From: Mesotaenium endlicherianum
Lineage: Eukaryota
NCBI GenBank assembly: GCA_009602735.1
Contig: WELA01001856.1
Location: 9,272-60,563 of the forward strand
DNA length: 51,292 nucleotides
Direction: 5' to 3'
The notes beneath the pieces are model-generated. The model was not told the DNA's origin. It saw only the letters and a list, made by a program, of their open reading frames with translations, and ran no database searches. The translations under genes were made by a program, and so were the position numbers. Below, one piece after another: positions 44,932-51,292 of the stretch. How positions within the stretch are numbered: position 1 is the stretch's first letter; every line of letters begins with the position of its first letter.

Positions 44932-47900
44932 TAATCCCCCTCCTTAAGATGCGACGTCCTCGACACATTCTGCAGATAATGTCTCAACTTACTCTTACAA
45001 TAAGTCAAGTTGGCCTCTGGCTCCCAAGTGTTGTCGCCCGCATGGTAGCCTTTCCACTTGACCAGATACTCTTGAACAAATTGTTGACCTCGCTTGACTC
45101 GCCGATCGCCGATAATCGCCTCCACTTCATACTCCAATTGATCATCGATCTCGACCGGTGGTGGCGGTGTAGGTAGTCGTCCTGAATGTCCTTTATTTGG
45201 GTCATTGTATGGCCGCAGACAACTGACATGGAACATATCATGGATACGCCAGCCTGAAGGAAGCTCCAACTTGTAGGTCACTGGATAAACCTGCTTGAGC
45301 ACCACAAAGGGACCTGTGAACCGTGCCCGCAGATTCCTTTTGCCTGTGAAAGGTGAATTCTCTGTTGACAAGAGTACTTTGTCACCCACATGGAATGTCA
45401 CTTCCCTCCTGTGCTTGTTAGCATGCTTGACCTGCTCTTCCTGTGCCTTCCGAACACACGTCTTCGCCATATCCCAAGTGTTGGCCATCTGCTCCATAAA
45501 AGCTTGTGTAGTAGGAACCTGAGTCTCCTTGGTCTTCTCCAACAAGATGTACCCTGGATGATATACTTCTCTCCCATAAACCATAGCGAATGGTGACTGC
45601 TTGGTCGATCCCTGCATGCTGTTGTTGTAGGCAAACTCCAATCCTGGCAACTTCTTGTCCCACTCTGAAGGGTCCTCCACAGTGAAACTCCCGAGCACCT
45701 CTTTGAGAGTTCTGTTGAGCCTGTCACTCTGCCCTTCTGTCTGAGGATGATAGGAAGTGCTCATACTCAACTTGGTCCCCATCACAGTAAATAATGACCA
45801 CCAAAAGTTACTAGTAAATCGCGGATCCCGGTTTGAAACAATCACCGTCGGCAACTCATGTAGCTTGAAAATATGATCAAAGAACAGCCGTGCCACATCT
45901 GCTGCCGTAGAAGTCTCGTTCATGGGAATGAAGTGAGCCATCTTGCTGAGTCTATCAGACACAACCCATACTGCAACGTGCCTTTGACCACTCACTGGTA
46001 AAGATGTGACAAAGTCCATAGCAATTTGTACCCAAGGATACTCTGGAATAGGTAGGGGCTGCAATGTACCTCCCTTCTTTTGATTTGGTGTCTTGTTACG
46101 CTGGCACGCATCGCAACTCTTGATCTACTCCTCGATGCCCTTGTCCATATTTCTCCATTAGTATTCTCGCTTCAGCACGCTTGCCGTCTTCTCCCTTCCA
46201 AAGTGTCCGGCATATAAGCAATCATGATGCTCCGCAAGTAGTAAGTCTCGTAGCTCCTCGATGTCAGGTATCACCACTCTCTTGGAATCACCATAATACC
46301 ATATGCCGTCCTTCTTATGCATACTCGAGTTGGACTCAGCTGCTCCACCATCAGCAAACTCTGGGTCGTCCTCATAACCACTCTGAAGCTTCTCCTTGAA
46401 GTTCATATTCTCTTTGATGACCGAGACAGCCGCAAGGTCACACCTTCTAAATAAAGCGTCTGCAGGGTTGGTCTTCCCAGGTAAGTACTCAATCTTATGG
46501 TCGAATTGTTGCAGAAACTCCATCCACCTTGCCTGTCTTGGTGTGAACGTTGGCTGCGTCATGAACTTTTCCAAGCTCTTGTAGTCGGTCTTGATGAACA
46601 CCTTCCGGCCGTCCACATAACATCGCCAAATCCTCAAAGCCTGGATAATAGCCAACATCTCTCGCTCGCGTGCTGCATAATTCTGCTCCGCAGGACTCAA
46701 TTTCTTGCTCTCATATACCACAGGCTGCAATCCTTTGCCCTGGTCCTGGAGAAGAATGGCTCCCACTGCAAAGTTTGATGCGTCCGTGATGATGGTGAAG
46801 GAAGCTCTGGTTTTGCAATTGCCAACACAGGCGCCTGTGTCAACAACTCCTCAAAGGCTTGCTGCTCCTTGTCACCTCATAGCCACTTCTCCTGCTTCTT
46901 CAACATGTCCGTGAGCGGTGCACACAGCTTGGCAAATCCTTCAATGAAACGTCAATAATAAGTCGCCATGCCGAGAAAACTCCTGAGCTGATGAATATCA
47001 GCAGGTACCGGCCAATCTCTGACTGCTTGCACCTTCTTCTGCTCCACCTTGACTCCTTCAGCCCCCACTATGTGCCTAACAAACTCGACGTCCTTGAGAC
47101 AAAAGTCGCACTTGCTCATCTTCCCATATAGCTTTTGATCTCTCAAGACCTCCAACACCTTCCTCAAATGCTCCACATGCTCTTCCAAGGTCTTCGAATG
47201 GATCAGGATGTCGTCCAAAAATACCACCACAAATTGGTCCAAGTAGGGTCTGAAGATACGATTCACGAGTCCATGAATTTAGCAGGTGCATTAGGTAATC
47301 CAAAAGGCATGACTGCGAACTCGAACAAACCATAGCGAGTCCTGAAAGCAGTCTTCTCAACGTCTCCTTCTGCAATCCGTACTTGGTGATAGCCACTCCT
47401 CAAATCGATCTTCGAAAAATACTTCGCCCCGACAAGCCTGTCAATCAACTCGTCCACTCGTGGAAGTGGATACCTGTTCTTGATGGTGACCTTGTTGAGA
47501 GCCCGATAGTTGACACACATCCTCATAGTCCCATCCTTCTTCTTCATAAATAAGACTGGCGCTGCAAATGGAGACTCGCTGGGTCGGATGAATCCCTTCT
47601 CCAATAACTCTGTGAGCTGCTTCTTCAACTCAACCAACTCCGGCAACGATTCTCGATAGGCGGGTCTCACTGGTGGCTTGCTTCTTGGTTCCAACTCGAC
47701 CTTGTGCTCCCTAGCTCTCTGTGGAGGTAATCCTGCAGGTAGCTCCTCAAAATATACGCACTTGAACTCCTCCAACATCGTTATAAATTGGGCAGGCATC
47801 TCAGCAGGCTTCTTCTCTTGAGCAGTTGGGCTCTGCTCCTTCTGAGCAAGGGGATCAGACACCACTACTTGCTCCGTCGGCGATGTACATTCGCCCAGGC

Positions 47901-48850
47901 TGTTAGAATTCACGCTTGCTCCATCTGATGACCTGGCCAGGGCCATTAAAACAAGGTACATCTCCTTCACCTGATTCGCCCTGCATAGCTTCTTAACTGG
48001 CAGGCTCGACAGAAGACAGTTACTTGTGGTCGTGTCTACCTCCACCTTTTTCGCTGTCTCCATTCGACCATCACGCCCTTGGACCGTCACTTGTCACAAG
48101 CGTGCTGTCACCTCCGCCCTCAGCTTACTGCTATTATGAGGGAAGTGTCTCTGAGGCCCTTGAACTCCTCCAACAGCGTCTTAATTTGGGCAGGCATCTT
48201 AGCAGGCTTCTTGTCTTGAGCAGTTGGGCTCTGCTCCTTCTGAGCAAGGGGATCAAACACCACTACTTGCTCCTTTGGCGATGTACATTTGCCCAGGTTG
48301 TTAGGATTCACGCTTGCTCCATCTGATGACCTGGCCAGGGCCATCGAAACAAGGTACATCTCCTTCACCTGATTCGCCCTGCATAGCTTCTTAATTGGCA
48401 GGCTCAACAGAAGACTTGTGGTCGTGTCTACCTCCACCTTTTTCGCTGTCTCCATTCAACCATCACGCCCTTGGACCTTCACTTGTCCTGTGCTCCAGTG
48501 CACTTGAAAGTTGGCTTTTCTTAGCCATGGTTGGCCCAATATCACCTCATGGTGACCCAACTCTGCCTGCTCCATGACTTCCTTACTCCGGTGCCCCGCT
48601 ACTTCCACGTGAGTAGCTTCCGTAGGTGCACCACACTTGAGTCTCTGCCCATTCGCCACAACTGCCTCCTTAGGCTCATAATGCTTCTGCACAAGGATTC
48701 GCCACTCTTTCACCAGCTTCTTGTGCACAAAGTTTGCACTTGTGCCACTGTCGACCATACACTTTGCTTTGTTGCCGTCGACCACTCCTTCCACGATGAT
48801 AGGCTTGTTAACATCTCGTCTTTCGCTTCTTGGCAGGCTCCTGGGGATAA
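44919..48850 (-). pseudogene. pol: pol of element E (protease, RT, RNase H, integrase, canonical chromodomain)
   Basis: [59 protein letters not shown]...YLVKWKGYHAGDNTWEPEANL. Confidence 0.93.
47761..48487. repeat. Diverged ~330-bp tandem duplication in E pol with a 63-bp filler
   Basis: 47761-48095 versus 48159-48487, with unrelated sequence at 48096-48158. Confidence 0.9.
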
Positions 48851-48899
48851 CCTCCTTGTGAGTTCTCGTCTTCACGCCAGTAGACACCCCAAAACGACA

Positions 48900-49928
48900 T
48901 ACTGGCGTCCTCCTTTTTCCTGCTGTTGAGGTTGCTTCGCCTTCAAATAATAGTCTCGAGCCAGTTTCCAAGCTTGCCGCAATGATAGTAGGGTCCTCTC
49001 GGCTTGAAATTCTGCTGCCTGCGCTGTTACTGCACAAGTCCCAACTCCATAGGTACTGGGCCTTGAACACTTGTGCTTGGCGCTTGAGATCCAAAGTGTC
49101 GATATCCTCCAAAGTTGTGGCTGCCCCACTGCCTGTGACTATAGTCCACAGCGTCGACCCTTGTTGCCAATGCCATCAATTCTCCAAGACTTGTAGGGTT
49201 CTTGAGCGCCACTTCCTTGGCCATAGTTGGCTTGAGTTCCCTCTTGAACTTATCCATCATCTCTGACTCGTGCATGGATGGACATTGAAGCACCAGCTCG
49301 TTGAAGCGCGATAGATACTCTTGAACGCTTGCTCGTTGACAAAGGCGCACCAAGAGATCTCGAGCGGTAGCCTCGGGTGCAATAGGTTGAAATTGCCTCT
49401 TCAAGCCTTCAAATAGCTGATCAACACTAGCAGGAACTCCAGACAGCTGCTCTTCTCGTTCATACCAAGCTCCAGCACTCTTCTGCAGCAAAGTTATGAC
49501 AAAGGCGACTTGCCTGTGGGGCGTGAGCGCAAAATACTCCATAAACTTCTTCACTCCCAAATCCATTGATGAACAGGCGGCGATCCACGCTCTCTTGTAT
49601 ACACTTTAGGCTTAGGCGCACGCACTCCCGATGCGGGTGGAATAGCTGGTTGCACCACTGGGTTAACATGAATTGGTGGCACAACAGCTGTAGGTGCCGA
49701 ACACGTCGAAGCGGTGTTCCCCATAACAACTCGCACCATTCTCTCCACCTCCGCGCGCATATTTTGTTGAAATTGGACGTAAATTTCTCCTCCAATTGCA
49801 TTTGCTATTGACCTTAGCATCGCCTGCATCTCTCGTTGCTCTCTGGTCATCGTTGGTGCTGCCTTTTGCCCCGCGCGCTCAACATGCTCGACATTTTCTT
49901 TTCCTCCAGCTGCCGGCTGCGACTCCAC
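48900..49928 (-). pseudogene. gag: gag of element E
   Basis: RAPKPKVY...LLQKSAGAWY...ARDLLVRLCQ...GPVPMELG. Frameshifted. Confidence 0.88.
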
Positions 49929-49965
49929 AATAAAATATGCAAACTAACCCAGCTCCGATACCAAA

Positions 49966-50710
49966 TGAAAGGAGCAGAGTGCCCTAGCGGAAGCGTAGTG
50001 ACTCACGAGGAAAAGAATTAGTTGCAATCATACTAAAGAGTGCAGCGGCATATCACTAAGAAAGCTTAGGAAAATTACTCAACATTTTGAGTAGCAAGAA
50101 ACTGCTCACAAATGATGTAGGATGAAAGGCCTTGTCATTACAAACCCGTAGACATGTACAGAAGTGAAAAATCATGAGAAACAAAGTAGTTATGCCTATT
50201 TATAATTTCCAGCCTAAGTGCTCCTTCCCAGGAGGAAGCTACGGATTTTTGTAAGTGTTCGTCAAATCGTCCCTTCCAGAATATTCGTGAGTAAGCCATA
50301 TCAGTCTCATGTGATGTGTCAGGCCGAATTGACGTCCACGTACATGCATCAACATTACTAAAATATTCTATTTTAGACGCGCTAGGCTAAATCGAAACTT
50401 TCAGGTAAATCGACCTAGTCGGCATTCTGCGTCAGCCAAACTTCCGTGAAGGTTTGAGTTCATTATAACGGGCAAGATCAATCAACGCTGTCCGTCAATC
50501 CGACGGTCGCGCTCACCGCGAATTAAGGACAATCGTCAACCGGCCTCAAAACTAATTAAACTTCGGAAATCCATAACTCTCTCATTATTTGACCAAATTC
50601 AATGAAATTTATATCAAAAATGATCACAAAAATGCATTCTACAGTACTATACAATCAACACATACTCTCATGAAACTCAAGAATGAACTTTATAAACCTA
50701 TGACCTTACA
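49966..50710 (-). repeat. 5' LTR of element E
   Basis: Adjacent to the PBS. Direct repeat of 44189-44931. Confidence 0.95.
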
Positions 50711-50965
50711 CTCATCCTCCTTATCTTCCTCCTCTAAGAGGGTAGGAGTCTCGTACAGTAAGTCGTCCTGCTCCTTGATAGACATGAAGAAATAAACTGA
50801 CCTCCCTTTGTTAGGGCGAGCTGGAGGTTGCTTGGCCTTCAGCCTGCTGATACCTATCTAGCCTGTATTCTTCACCCATTTGACGAAGGCATGCTTTCCA
50901 TTTGAGGAGTTGTCTCTCCCCCTCCTCCTGTGCTCTTTGGTCTACGCATTCATAATACTCGTAAA

Positions 50966-51270
50966 TGCTCTTCAACCACTTGGGTATTGATGCCCACATA
51001 GACAGGCATTCCAGTAGGATGCTGAAATACATTGGCTAGAGGTACATGCCCCTGAGCGGAGGGGGAGGCTGGCATACCTCTGGCCCACCCGCGTGTCCCT
51101 CTTCTGGCACCTGTGTCCTCTGGGGAATTCTGTCTGTGTCTGCTGCCCAGTACCGTCAGATCAGCTTCTTCCCCTGCTTGGGCAGGTGGGCTGGGGGAGC
51201 GAGCGCAGGGTCCAATTGTCGCCATAACGGGGATCACATTCCACACACCTGATTGTGGTTCTTTAGGAAG
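50966..51270 (-). repeat. Second, diverged copy of family B accessory segment 43808-44110
   Basis: Both encode LPKEP.SGV.NVI.VM.T.GP..RSPSPPAQA.EEADLTVLGSR...GHVPLANVFQHPTGMPVYVGIN.QVVEE. Confidence 0.85.
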
Positions 51271-51292
51271 TGCCACTGCCTCTCGCTGGGTA

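Larger units (their letters stand above)
44189..50710 (-). mobile_element. Full-length Ty3/Gypsy chromovirus E (decayed ORFs)
   Basis: LTRs 44189-44931 and 49966-50710; TSD CTCAA/CTCAT; PBS TGGTATCGGAGC (49952-49963); PPT AAGGAGGGGGA next to 44931. Confidence 0.95.
42849..51292 (-). mobile_element. Family B copy 2: 3' LTR plus accessory region, interrupted by element E; continues past the window edge
   Basis: LTR homologous to 6750-7340. 44094-44188 plus 50711-50950 match 493-820. Confidence 0.85.

Overview
Eukaryotic, plant or streptophyte-algal-type DNA. It is dominated by nested, decaying Ty3/Gypsy LTR retrotransposons from about six families, labelled A-G here. It also holds two 8-bp-TSD MITEs, a 324-N assembly gap, and one apparently intact multi-exon host gene (36652-41876, minus) encoding a plastid S-layer-homology (SLH) domain membrane protein. 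Four observations stand out. (1) A GC-rich Gypsy element (F, ~20227-30620) whose polyprotein reads protease - C5-cytosine DNA methyltransferase - RT - RNase H - integrase - PHD finger, a retrotransposon carrying both a methylation writer and a chromatin reader. (2) Two related chromoviruses (C, D) whose leaders carry tandem copies of the 5S rRNA internal control region (three of four at exact 5S spacing) and whose LTRs carry tRNA-like A/B boxes, all antisense to the element. (3) A chromovirus family (B) with a large unrecognised accessory ORF region between pol and the 3' LTR. (4) A conserved unknown domain between Gag and protease in C and D. All coordinates and alignments were done by eye.
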